Below, piece after piece: positions 9,785-18,443 of a DNA stretch of 46,499 bases (the stretch's first letter is position 1; every line of letters begins with the position of its first letter). Below the pieces are notes generated by a model, which saw only the letters and a list, made by a program, of their open reading frames with translations, made no database searches and was not told the origin of the DNA. The stretch covers positions 1-46,499 of the forward strand of contig JALTIG010000272.1 of assembly GCA_027004185.1 (NCBI GenBank). The letters are read 5' to 3'. Made by a program: the position numbers and the translations under genes. Origin of the DNA: a bacterium. GTDB taxonomy: Bacteria > Desulfobacterota > S145-22.

Positions 9785-12700
9785 CTAACTTGGAGGGTTA
9801 AGATAATGCTTAGTTTCCTTTGTCTTTTGTCTTCTTTTAAACAGTCGATAGACCAACACGAAGAATAGGGGGATATAGAAGAGATCAATAAATGTTGCTG
9901 AAAGCATCCCTCCACACACGGCGGTGCCGATGCCGTTTTCTGCCCCCGCTCCCGCACCGGTCGTGATGGCAAGGGGAAGCACACCGAAAAAGAAGGCCAG
10001 TGAGGTCATGATAACCGGTCGTAACCTCACACGCGCTGCCCCGAGGGTTGCCGGTATTAATTCCTCACCCTGCTTCAGGCGTTCCTTGATAAATTGAATG
10101 ATAAGAATGGCGTTTTTGGTTGAGAGCCCCATGGTGGTCAGAAAACCGATCTGAAAATAGACATCATTGTAGAATCCCCGTAGCCAGGTTGCGACCGTAG
10201 CGCCCAACACGCCGAGTGGGAGCATCAGCAGATTCGCGAGCGGGATGGGCCAGCTTTCATACAGGGCAGCCAGGAAGAGAAAGATCACAAATACGGTGAA
10301 TCCATATACCAGCGGTGCCTGGATCGTGGCCATTCGTTCCTGATAAGAAAGCCCCGTCCAGTCATAGGCGATCCCTTTTGGGAGCCTGGAGGCCAGTTCT
10401 TCCATGGCAGTCATCGCCTCTCCGGTGCTTCTTCCAGGTGCCGGTTGCCCCCAAAGCTCGATCGATGGAAAGCCATTGTATCGTTCGAGTTTTGGAGAGC
10501 CATAGGTCCACCGGCCTTTGGCAAAAGAGGAAAAGGGGACCATCTCTCCTTGGTTGTTTCTTACGTAGAGCCTTTTTAGATCCTTGGGAAGCATCCGAAA
10601 AGGGGCATCCGCCTGTACATAAACCCTTTTTACGCGCCCAGCTTGGACAAAATCGTTCACATATGCACTTCCAAAGGCCACTGAAAGGGTATCATTGATG
10701 GCAGAGATGGGAATTCCCATGGCGCCTGCCTTTTCCCAATCTACATTGATTTTATATTCCGGGACATCCTCCATTCCGTTGGGACGTACCCGAATCACCC
10801 GAGGATCCTGCATGGCCATACCAAGGAGTTGGTTGCGGGCTGCCATGAGTTTTTCATGTCCCAACCCCCCAAAATCCAGAAGCTCCAAATCGAACCCTGT
10901 TGCATTGCCAAGCTCAATAATGGCCGGAGGGGGGAAGCAGTATACCCTGGCGCTTTTGATTCGGGAGAACACCTGCATTGCTCTCCCGGCTATCGACCTG
11001 GCCCTTAATTCCGAGCGCCGCCGCAGGCTCCAATCTTTGAGCTTTACAAAGCCCAAACCGACATTCTGCCCCTCCCCACTGAAAGAAAAGCCCGCAACGG
11101 CCGCAAAGGACTTTACAGCTTTCTTTTCACGGGTTGCGAAATAGTGCTCGATATGTTTCAAAAGGTTTCGGGTTTGTTCCAAGGTGGAACCGGGGGGAAG
11201 TGTAGCCTGGACTAACAAGATCCCCTGGTCTTCATTAGGGAGATAGGCGGTTGGCATATGCAAGAGCAGGTATCCCATCAGACTCACGAGGATAAGATAG
11301 ATAAAGATGTATCGGAGTTTCTTGGCCAGAATGTGCCTCACGAGTCGGACATAGAGGTTTCTGGAATGATCGACCATCCGGTCAAACCTCTTGAAAAAGG
11401 GGCGAAAGAGAAAGAACGTATTTTCAGAAGGACTATGTCCTTTTGACACCGGTTTTAGAAAGGTCGCGCAGAGGACCGGTGTGAGGATCAGGGCAACCAG
11501 AACGGAAAGAAGCATGGCAGAGGTAATGGTTACGGAGAACTGGCGGTAGATAATCCCTGTGGAACCCGGGAAAAAGGCCATGGGGCCGAAGACTGCCGAC
11601 AGGACCAGGGCGATGCCGATCAAGGCACTGGTAATCTGCCGCATGGATTTTGCGGTCGCTTCCCTGGGGGACAATCCCTCTTCTTTCATGATACGGTCCA
11701 CATTTTCCACGACCACAATGGCGTCGTCTACTAAAAGCCCAATAGCCAGGACCATGGCAAACATGGTGAGCATGTTGATGGAAAACCCCATCGTCCAGAT
11801 CACCCCGAAGGTTCCCAGGAGGACCACCGGCACAGCAATGGTGGGGATCAGGGTGGCACGGAAGCTCCCAAGGAATAGGAACATAACCAGGAAGACAAGG
11901 ATAATTGCCTCGTACAAGGTTTTTACTACCTCATGAATGGCGACCCGGGTAAACGGGGTGGTATCGTAGGGGTACACCACCTTCATCCCGTGTGGGAAGT
12001 AGTGGCTCATCTTCCGTAGCCTCCGCTTGATACGCGCCGCGGTATCCAGAGCGTTGGCACCTGGTTCCTTACGGATCATGAGAATGGCCACGGGCTTCCC
12101 ATTGTACCGTGCTACAATATCGTAGCGTTCCGTCCCGAGCTCTGTCCGGGCGACATCCCGGATGCGAACCACGGAGCCATCCGGGTTGGTGCGTAGGGGG
12201 ATAGCGGCAAACTCTCCAGGCGTTTTAAGGTAATGCTGAACGATAATAGAGGCGTTCAGGCGTTGGCCTTTGATAGCCGGCGCACCGCCAAATTGCCCCG
12301 CTGACACCTCCACATTGTATGTGCGAAGTGCCCTAATCACATCCTCCACGGTGAGGTGATAATTCGTCAATTTGTCCGGATTGAGCCAGATCCGCATTGC
12401 GTATTCGGTTCCAAAGGCCCTGACCTCCCCCACACCTGGGATCCGTGCTAAGACCTTTTCCAGGTTGGATTTGGCATAATCCCTCAGATCGATGTCATTC
12501 ATGCTACCGTCTTCCGAGATGATCCCCACGGCCAACATATAGTTATGGGTCGATTTACTCACCCGGACCCCTTGACGCCGCACCACATCCGGGAGGCTCG
12601 CCATGGCAAGCTGTAGTTTGTTTTGAACCTTGGACCACGCCAGGTCAGGATCCATTCCTGGGGCGAAGGTCAACTCGATGCGAGAGGCACCTGAGGAACT

Positions 12701-12949
12701 GCTGGTACCGGAAAGGTAAAGCAGCTTGTCGAGCCCAGTCATCTTTTGCTCGATAATCTGCGTGATGGTGCTTTCTACCGTCTCGGCTGAGGCACCTGGA
12801 TAGAAGGCATCCACCGCTATAACCGGGGGTGCAAGCTCCGGATACTGTGAGATGGGAAGGAAGACAATCGCCAGCACCCCGGCGCTCATAATGGCAATGG
12901 CGATGACCCAGGCAAAAACCGGACGGTCCAGAAAGAATCGAGACAACAT
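9785..12949 (-). CDS. RND multidrug efflux permease (HAE1, AcrB/MexB-like)
   Basis: 1054 aa. N-terminus MLSRFFLDRPVFAWVIAI, 12-TM/large-loop architecture, and the conserved block AIGLLVDDAIVVVEN. Confidence 0.93.
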   Translation of the reverse strand: MLSRFFLDRPVFAWVIAIAIMSAGVLAIVFLPISQYPELAPPVIAVDAFYPGASAETVESTITQIIEQKMTGLDKLLYLSGTSSSSGASRIELTFAPGMDPDLAWSKVQNKLQLAMASLPDVVRRQGVRVSKSTHNYMLAVGIISEDGSMNDIDLRDYAKSNLEKVLARIPGVGEVRAFGTEYAMRIWLNPDKLTNYHLTVEDVIRALRTYNVEVSAGQFGGAPAIKGQRLNASIIVQHYLKTPGEFAAIPLRTNPDGSVVRIRDVARTELGTERYDIVARYNGKPVAILMIRKEPGANALDTAARIKRRLRKMSHYFPHGMKVVYPYDTTPFTRVAIHEVVKTLYEAIILVFLVMFLFLGSFRATLIPTIAVPVVLLGTFGVIWTMGFSINMLTMFAMVLAIGLLVDDAIVVVENVDRIMKEEGLSPREATAKSMRQITSALIGIALVLSAVFGPMAFFPGSTGIIYRQFSVTITSAMLLSVLVALILTPVLCATFLKPVSKGHSPSENTFFLFRPFFKRFDRMVDHSRNLYVRLVRHILAKKLRYIFIYLILVSLMGYLLLHMPTAYLPNEDQGILLVQATLPPGSTLEQTRNLLKHIEHYFATREKKAVKSFAAVAGFSFSGEGQNVGLGFVKLKDWSLRRRSELRARSIAGRAMQVFSRIKSARVYCFPPPAIIELGNATGFDLELLDFGGLGHEKLMAARNQLLGMAMQDPRVIRVRPNGMEDVPEYKINVDWEKAGAMGIPISAINDTLSVAFGSAYVNDFVQAGRVKRVYVQADAPFRMLPKDLKRLYVRNNQGEMVPFSSFAKGRWTYGSPKLERYNGFPSIELWGQPAPGRSTGEAMTAMEELASRLPKGIAYDWTGLSYQERMATIQAPLVYGFTVFVIFLFLAALYESWPIPLANLLMLPLGVLGATVATWLRGFYNDVYFQIGFLTTMGLSTKNAILIIQFIKERLKQGEELIPATLGAARVRLRPVIMTSLAFFFGVLPLAITTGAGAGAENGIGTAVCGGMLSATFIDLFYIPLFFVLVYRLFKRRQKTKETKHYLNPPS

Positions 12950-14292
12950 CAGGTGTTCCCACCCGCATGTTTTTTCGATCCCGTCCAGTCATGACCAACG
13001 TGTTTCTTTCGTCTCCCCAAGGGGATCGCCTTTACGACCATTCCCGGCCTGACGTACTGACGTCCCTCGACAATCACCCGGTCACCCGGTGCAAGACCGG
13101 AGGTCACCAGCCATCGATTGCCGAGGGCCCGGTCTATTGTCAACATTCGCAGGATTACCTTGCCGTGTTTGTTTACAAGCAGAGCAAAGGGATTTCCCTT
13201 CCGATCATGGGATACCCCCTGTTGGGGGACCAGGATGCCGTTAGCCTTGACCCCTTCCATTAAAACCACGCGGACGAACATTCCTGGAAGAAGCACCTTC
13301 TCAGGGTTTGGGAAAAGTGTTCTTAGAATCACCGATCCCGTGGCAGGATCTACGGTGACGTCGCGAAATTCCAGGGCCCCTTCCAACGGATAGGGGCTGC
13401 CGTCCTCTAAGATGAGCCGAACCTTGTTTTGCGTGGGTCCTTGGAACCCGGGATGTCCTACTTTCTCCATGCGATGTTTTAAACGCAGCAACTCGGTAGA
13501 GGATTGCGGCACATCCACATAGATAGGGTCCAGTTGCTGAATGGTCGCCAGGGCCCTGGGTTGGTAGGCAGTGACAATGGCACCCTCGGTCACGCTGGAT
13601 CGGCCGATTCGCCCAGAGATGGGTGCCTTGATCCGTGTATATCCCAGGTGGATGGTGGCGATTTTGACTGCCGCTTCGGCCTGTTTGATGGTGGCTTCTG
13701 CGGCAGCGATCGCCCGACGATCGCTTTCTGCCTGGGCCTCATAGGCATGGAGGGTTGCCTCGGCCACATTTGCCTCTGTTACGGCCTGATCCCGCTGGCT
13801 GGTGGAGACGGATCGGCACTTGTATGCCGTTTCAAAACGTTTGCGATTTTGCCGGGCCAACATGAGGATGGCCCTTTGCCGGGCAAGATTGGCCAGACTT
13901 GCCAATAGGGCGGCCCGCGCGCGGTCGGCATTTTTCCGCGCGCTGACAAGGGCGGCCCTGGCGTGTTCGAGGGCCGCTTTAAAAGGAGCGGGATCGATCT
14001 GGTAGAGCACCTGCCCCGCTTTGACCTCTGTGCCTTCCTTGAATAGGCGTTTCAGGATCAGGCCGCTGACCTGGGGACGGATTTCCGCGATGCGGAAGGG
14101 CGCCGTGCGTCCCGGTAGCTCGGTTGTTAAGACTACCTGTTGAGGTTTTACTGTAAAAACGAAGACCTTTGGAACCCCGTGGGTGTGTGGGGAGGAGGGC
14201 TTTTTTCTGTTGCAACCGATCGTTAATCCAAGGCATCCCACGAGGATCAGCAAGATCCCCAAGCGTCTAACCAAGTTGCACCGCAGTTTCAT
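12949..14292 (-). CDS. RND efflux periplasmic adaptor (membrane fusion protein, AcrA-like)
   Basis: 447 aa with a lipoprotein signal (LVGCLGLTIGC), a coiled-coil hairpin region and a beta-barrel C-terminus. Its stop overlaps the pump start by 1 nt (TGATG). Confidence 0.88.
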   Translation of the reverse strand: MKLRCNLVRRLGILLILVGCLGLTIGCNRKKPSSPHTHGVPKVFVFTVKPQQVVLTTELPGRTAPFRIAEIRPQVSGLILKRLFKEGTEVKAGQVLYQIDPAPFKAALEHARAALVSARKNADRARAALLASLANLARQRAILMLARQNRKRFETAYKCRSVSTSQRDQAVTEANVAEATLHAYEAQAESDRRAIAAAEATIKQAEAAVKIATIHLGYTRIKAPISGRIGRSSVTEGAIVTAYQPRALATIQQLDPIYVDVPQSSTELLRLKHRMEKVGHPGFQGPTQNKVRLILEDGSPYPLEGALEFRDVTVDPATGSVILRTLFPNPEKVLLPGMFVRVVLMEGVKANGILVPQQGVSHDRKGNPFALLVNKHGKVILRMLTIDRALGNRWLVTSGLAPGDRVIVEGRQYVRPGMVVKAIPLGRRKKHVGHDWTGSKKHAGGNT

Positions 14293-14310
14293 AAATCCCT
14301 CCTTGACAAG

Positions 14311-14328
14311 TTAAAATAGATATTTTAA
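14311..14328. promoter_or_regulatory. inverted repeat TTAAAATA-GA-TATTTTAA, candidate TetR operator
   Basis: Perfect 8-bp arms with a 2-bp spacer, in the divergent tetR/efflux intergenic region. It lies between the predicted efflux promoter and the MFP start codon. Confidence 0.5.
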
Positions 14329-14346
14329 TTAGCTATTTAAAATCAC

Positions 14347-14375
14347 CTTATAAAAAACCATCCTTCCCTTGTCAA
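14347..14375 (-). promoter_or_regulatory. sigma-70-type promoter for the efflux operon
   Basis: Minus strand reads TTGACA (14375-14370), 17 nt, TATAAG (14352-14347). The -35 box is embedded in the palindrome CCCTTG-T-CAAGGG (14366-14378). Confidence 0.5.
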
Positions 14376-14456
14376 GGGGAAGATGCCCTTTCGCGGTAGT
14401 GGGAGGAGACGTTACGGAGGGGGAGAATGAACCAACGATGAAGGGGGAAGATCTAC

Positions 14457-15107
14457 ATGGCTAACCGGGAGGATGGGAAGGAAACTCGAAAGAGAATTCT
14501 GGATGCCGCCTGTGAAATTTTCGCTGATAAGGGGTACCATGCCGCCAAGGTTGCGGAGATCTGCAGACGCGCCGGGGCCAACGTTGCATCGGTTAACTAT
14601 TATTTTGGTGATAAGGCGACCTTATACCTCGAGGTGTGGAAAGAGTCGTTTAAAAGGTGTGTGGTTTCGCATGTACCGGATAGTCAAGCCCAATCCCCAG
14701 AGGAACAGTTACGTGCCTATATCCATTCGCTCATTCGGGACTTTGCGGATAAGGGAGATAGGGGACAATTTACCCGTTTGTACCTGACGGAGTTGGCGCA
14801 CCCCACCGGACTCATCCACGATCTTTGGCACGACCTGATCCAACCTCGCCGCCTGGTTTTGCTTGACATTATCCGGAAGATAGCGGGGCAAAACGTCCCA
14901 GAAGAGGCCATCCTGTTTTGCGAGATGAGTGTCATCAGTCAATGTCGAACCCTTCTGACCGTTCGTCGAAATGACCTGGAATATCTTCTCGGGCAGCCAC
15001 TGTCCACGGATCTGATAGGGAGGCTGGCCGATCATATCACGCGATTTTCCCTGGCTGGGATCAGGGCGATCGGGGAACAGGCAGTCCGGAAGGATACGGC
15101 GTGTTGA
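14457..15107 (+). CDS. TetR/AcrR family transcriptional regulator
   Basis: 216 aa with the N-terminal HTH RKRILDAACEIFADKGYHAAKVAEICRRAGANVASVNYYFGDK. Divergent from the RND operon. Confidence 0.88.
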   Translation: MANREDGKETRKRILDAACEIFADKGYHAAKVAEICRRAGANVASVNYYFGDKATLYLEVWKESFKRCVVSHVPDSQAQSPEEQLRAYIHSLIRDFADKGDRGQFTRLYLTELAHPTGLIHDLWHDLIQPRRLVLLDIIRKIAGQNVPEEAILFCEMSVISQCRTLLTVRRNDLEYLLGQPLSTDLIGRLADHITRFSLAGIRAIGEQAVRKDTAC

Positions 15108-15182
15108 GGATAAAACAGTCACCTTTTCTGAGCCTTTGGGGGGCAGGGGATTCAGGGGGGGTGTGAAGGGTAGGCTTTGAAT

Positions 15183-15782
15183 TCAGAATTCCGTCCGCTG
15201 TTTGAGGGAGGTGCTGAGGGTTTGGGAATCGATAAATTCGATCTCTCCTCCTACGGGGACGCCCTGGGCGAGACGCGTTAGCCTGATGGGGAAAGGTTGT
15301 AGCCGATTCTGAAGATAGAGGGCCGTAGCTGTCCCACTGGCATTGGGGTTGGTGGCAATGATGATCTCCTGGATAGGTTCGTGTTGCAGCCGTTGGAATA
15401 GCTCCTCGATCTTCAGTTTTTCTGGGCCAATACCCTGGAGGGGATTGATGCTGCCGTGCAGAACGTGGTAAAGGCCCTGAAACGCCCCCGTCTGTTCGAT
15501 GGCAATCAGGTCGTTTGGGGCTTCCACCACGCAGAGAATGCGTGGATCCCGTTTTGGATTCCGGCAGATAACGCACAATTCACTATCTGAAAGGTTAAAG
15601 CATCTTTTGCAGAGCCTGAGGGAGTGCTTGACAGCCCTAATGGCTTCTGCCAGGTTGTCGCTATATGCGTGGCTGGCATGCAGGATATGAAAGGCCATCC
15701 GGGTAGCACTTTTTCTGCCGATACCAGGAAGCTCATTTAACAGGTCGATCAATCGGACGATGGTTTTGGGATAAGGATCCAT
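15183..15782 (-). CDS. recR: recombination protein RecR
   Basis: 199 aa with the HhH motif LPGIGRKSATRMAF, a C4 zinc finger CKRCFNLSDSELCVIC and a Toprim region. Confidence 0.93.
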   Translation of the reverse strand: MDPYPKTIVRLIDLLNELPGIGRKSATRMAFHILHASHAYSDNLAEAIRAVKHSLRLCKRCFNLSDSELCVICRNPKRDPRILCVVEAPNDLIAIEQTGAFQGLYHVLHGSINPLQGIGPEKLKIEELFQRLQHEPIQEIIIATNPNASGTATALYLQNRLQPFPIRLTRLAQGVPVGGEIEFIDSQTLSTSLKQRTEF

Positions 15783-15788
15783 GATCGC

Positions 15789-16103
15789 TTAGAAAAGGCC
15801 GGGGATGGACAGTCCTCCGGTTAGTTTTTTCATCTCTTCCGCCATCATCTCCTGGGAGTTATGTAGGGCATCGTTGACCGCAGCGACGATCAGGTCCTGC
15901 AGCATCTCAATATCCTCGGGGTCCACCACGTCAGGTTCTATGACGATGGAAAGGACCTCTTGTCTGCCGTTGACCTGGACTCTGACCATCCCTCCCCCTG
16001 AGGTTGATTCAACGATCCTGTCCGCCAACTCTTCCTGGATCTGTGCCATCTTAGCCTGCATTTTCTGGGCCTGCTTCATGATATCCGATAGCTTTGCGCT
16101 CAT
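15789..16103 (-). CDS. ybaB: YbaB/EbfC family nucleoid-associated protein
   Basis: Start trimmed to the ATG at 16103 (GGAGG upstream; dnaX stop at 16105-16107). The product begins MSAKLSDIMKQAQKMQAKMAQIQEEL and ends ...LTGGLSIPGLF, typical of the family. Confidence 0.9.
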   Translation of the reverse strand: MSAKLSDIMKQAQKMQAKMAQIQEELADRIVESTSGGGMVRVQVNGRQEVLSIVIEPDVVDPEDIEMLQDLIVAAVNDALHNSQEMMAEEMKKLTGGLSIPGLF

Positions 16104-16104
16104 G

Positions 16105-17760
16105 TTACCTCCTTTGATCTTTTTCGATAGGTTTGACTTCAATGAGATGTCCCCCAAGAATCCCAAGAATATCCTGGATGACGGGATGTTCTCTAAATCC
16201 CCCTTTAGTTGGTGTTTCTTGTCCATTTCCGGAAGGTGCTTTGATGTCCCCGCCTTCCTTGAAAACGACCCGCGCGACCTCGTGTCCGGTGAACTTTTCG
16301 AGAAGTGCCTTGAGCTGTGCCTCTTTTTCGGGGGTATCCAAGAGCTTCAAGGCAAATGATTGGGATGGGAACTGAATTTCAGCCACTTTGCCCCTCCACT
16401 GAAAGCCGGTTGCCTCGGAGAGTTGTACCGAAAGGGCCATGGCCCTTTTTTTGGCAAAGCGGAGAAACTCTTCAAAAAAGTTATCCACTGGTTCCTGTGG
16501 AGGGTGAGTATCCGTGGTATGACTGGTTGGTTTCCTGTGGTTGGAAGGTGAGGAGGAAAGTTGAGGAGAAACCGGTCCCGTTTCACGGGATTTGGGAGGG
16601 ATGGAGGCATCCTTACTGTAGCCGAGTTTCTCCTCCAATTGCCGGATCAGACTGTTTAAGGATACGGCCTGTTTTAGATGAATCATCCTGACCAGCGCCG
16701 TTTCTAACCCGATGCGTGCGTATTCACTCTGAAGGATGAACCGTTCTCTCTCATGGAGGAGGTGAATCCAGTGTTCGATCTGTTCAAGGGGGACGGGGCG
16801 GATCATCTCCTGCATCTGGTGAATTTCCTCACTCCCCCGTTCCAAAGGGATTTTCCGATCGCCCGCGGCTTTCAGTAGTAGTAGGTCGTGGAGAAAGAGG
16901 AGGAAGGAGCGGTAAAAATAGGCGAGATCGGTTCCCGCATCAACAAGTTGGTGGATCAAGGTAAGAAGCTCTTCAGGACTTTCTTTTATAATGCATTCCA
17001 GAACCTTCATCATCACGGTGCTGTCCACTACGGAGAGCAGAGACCGAGCGTCCTCGAACGTGATCCTTTTTTCTTCGGAGAGGAGAAAAAGCTGGTCCAG
17101 GATTACTTCGGCATCCCTCAGACTGCCGGTGGACTCCCGTGCCACGAGCATTAGGGCCTTTTCATCCGCCTCAAATCCCTCCTTTTTGATGATCTTCTCC
17201 AGGTGCATGATCATGTCTTGGAAAGGGATCCTCCGAAAGTCATAACGTTGGCACCGGGAAAGGATGGTTACAGGAATTTTGTGGGGTTCCGTGGTAGCAA
17301 GGATAAAGATGACATGTTCAGGAGGCTCTTCCAAGGTTTTTAATAGGGCATTAAAGGCCCCCTTTGACAACATGTGTACCTCGTCAATGATATAAACCTT
17401 GTACCGGAGTGTGACGGGAAGATACGCCACGGTTTCCTTTAATTTACGGATTTCATCCACGCCGTTATTGGAGGCCCCGTCGATTTCGTGGATGTCTAAA
17501 CTGGTTCCATGGGCAATCTCCGTGCATGCAGGGCATATGCCGCAAGGATCTGGAGTCGGGCCTCTTTCGCAATTCACGGCCTTGGCAAGGATTCGGGCCA
17601 CAGAGGTTTTCCCTACCCCGCGGGGTCCGCAGAAAAGGAGGGCATGAGCCACGCGGTTTTGTGTAAGTGCGTTTTTTAGGGTTTTGGTAATGACCTGCTG
17701 ACCAACAACCTCTTCAAAGTTTTGAGGACGCCATTTTCTCGCAAGGACAAGGTAAGACAT
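16105..17760 (-). CDS. dnaX: DNA polymerase III subunit gamma/tau
   Basis: Walker A GPRGVGKTS, a Zn module CGICPACTEI, and SRC (TILSRCQRY). Start placed at the ATG at 17760 because MSYLVLARKWRPQNFEEVVGQ aligns with the canonical DnaX N-terminus. The ORF track extends 4 codons further to 17772. Confidence 0.92.
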   Translation of the reverse strand: MSYLVLARKWRPQNFEEVVGQQVITKTLKNALTQNRVAHALLFCGPRGVGKTSVARILAKAVNCERGPTPDPCGICPACTEIAHGTSLDIHEIDGASNNGVDEIRKLKETVAYLPVTLRYKVYIIDEVHMLSKGAFNALLKTLEEPPEHVIFILATTEPHKIPVTILSRCQRYDFRRIPFQDMIMHLEKIIKKEGFEADEKALMLVARESTGSLRDAEVILDQLFLLSEEKRITFEDARSLLSVVDSTVMMKVLECIIKESPEELLTLIHQLVDAGTDLAYFYRSFLLFLHDLLLLKAAGDRKIPLERGSEEIHQMQEMIRPVPLEQIEHWIHLLHERERFILQSEYARIGLETALVRMIHLKQAVSLNSLIRQLEEKLGYSKDASIPPKSRETGPVSPQLSSSPSNHRKPTSHTTDTHPPQEPVDNFFEEFLRFAKKRAMALSVQLSEATGFQWRGKVAEIQFPSQSFALKLLDTPEKEAQLKALLEKFTGHEVARVVFKEGGDIKAPSGNGQETPTKGGFREHPVIQDILGILGGHLIEVKPIEKDQRR

Positions 17761-17782
17761 GGGGCTATCCATTTAAAGGGTC

Positions 17783-17902
17783 AACCGACTGGATAGCCAG
17801 GCACCCCTGCGGCACACACAAGATCCCACTACCGCTGCTTCCTTCCGGACCTGACGGGGTTCGCAGGTTCATGTTGCGCAGGACCCGGCTATCCAGGCCG
17901 TT
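17783..17902 (-). ncRNA. ffs: signal recognition particle RNA (small, 4.5S-type)
   Basis: Minus strand contains the domain IV core GUCAGGUCCGGAAGGAAGCAGC and its partner GUGUGCCGCAGG. It is closed by a 10-bp terminal helix CUGGAUAGCC/GGCUAUCCAG. The position upstream of dnaX is classical. Ends are approximate (about 5 nt either way). Confidence 0.85.
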
Positions 17903-17918
17903 CATCCTCATGTGTCCA

Positions 17919-18012
17919 TGGCGGAGAGAGAGGGATTCGAACCCTCGGTACCCCTTGTGAGGGTACACACGATTTCCAATCGTGCTCCTTCGGCCAGCTC
18001 GGACATCTCTCC
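17919..18012 (-). tRNA. tRNA-Ser (anticodon GGA)
   Basis: Hand-folded: acceptor GGAGAGA/TCTCTCC, anticodon stem CACGA/TCGTG with loop TTGGAAA, long variable arm (GTACCC...GGGTAC), T-loop GAGGG-TTCGAAT-CCCTC, and encoded CCA. Confidence 0.85.
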
Positions 18013-18023
18013 CCCTTTATTTA

Positions 18024-18051
18024 ATTATATCACATCCAACTTCGATGTGAA
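18024..18051 (-). promoter_or_regulatory. sigma-70-type promoter for tRNA-Ser(GGA)
   Basis: Minus strand reads TTCACA, 16 nt, TATAAT. The -10 box ends 11 nt before the tRNA 5' end. Confidence 0.45.
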
Positions 18052-18063
18052 GCTTTGGCAGTA

Positions 18064-18154
<91 letters not shown>

Positions 18155-18294
18155 GCACGGGGATTATTTTCTAACACATGAATCGGAAACGTGTCAATTC
18201 ACAAATCGCTAAGTGTAGGTGGGGGGAAGACATGGTTTCTCAATAGGCATTGTATTTTTACCTCTTATATTATATAGGAGAAAGAGAGTTGGTT

Positions 18295-18441
18295 ATGGCG
18301 GGGAAAAAAACAACCATTTGGGTTTATATGGGGTTTCTCTTTTTTGTTTTGCTCCTTCTTCTTGGGGTCAGTATGGGGGAAAACCTGGCTATCCTGGAAA
18401 AGGCTACGAAGATCTGCCTCAGTTGCATCGGGCTTGGGTAA
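18295..18441 (+). CDS. small (48 aa) single-pass membrane protein with C-terminal CxxC (hypothetical)
   Basis: ATG at 18295 with a purine-rich RBS (AGGAGAAAGAGAG). Product is MAGKKTTIW-[VYMGFLFFVLLLLLGVSMG]-ENLAILEKATKICLSCIGLG. The stop TAA lies 2 nt before the next gene's ATG. Positive-inside topology puts the CxxC outside the cytoplasm. No family recognised. Confidence 0.45.
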   Translation: MAGKKTTIWVYMGFLFFVLLLLLGVSMGENLAILEKATKICLSCIGLG

Positions 18442-18443
18442 CC

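Noticed and set aside
9772-9984. 71-codon N-terminal extension of the outer-membrane factor ORF in the ORF track (start at 9984)
   Set aside because: The extension overlaps the 3' end of the RND pump gene by 200 nt. The internal ATG at 9771 gives a textbook lipoprotein signal (LLLGC) 14 nt after the pump stop.
16104-16226. 41-codon extension of the ybaB ORF
   Set aside because: It overlaps the dnaX 3' end. The ATG at 16103 is preceded by GGAGG and yields the canonical family N-terminus and length of about 104 aa.
16440-16460. A7 run (GCC AAA AAA AGG) at about codon 440 of dnaX, and an A6 run at about 17063-17072, considered as possible tau/gamma frameshift sites
   Set aside because: Neither is in the X_XXY_YYZ register of the 0 frame. 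The -1 frame after the A7 run stays open for about 30 codons rather than stopping promptly, and no SD-like or hairpin stimulators flank it. There is not enough support to call programmed frameshifting.
18219-18443. 75-codon N-terminal extension of the polyferredoxin ORF (track start 18219)
   Set aside because: The extension has no RBS and overlaps, in another frame, the better-supported small ORF. The family-typical N-terminus (MRVFRRLIQ...) begins at 18444.
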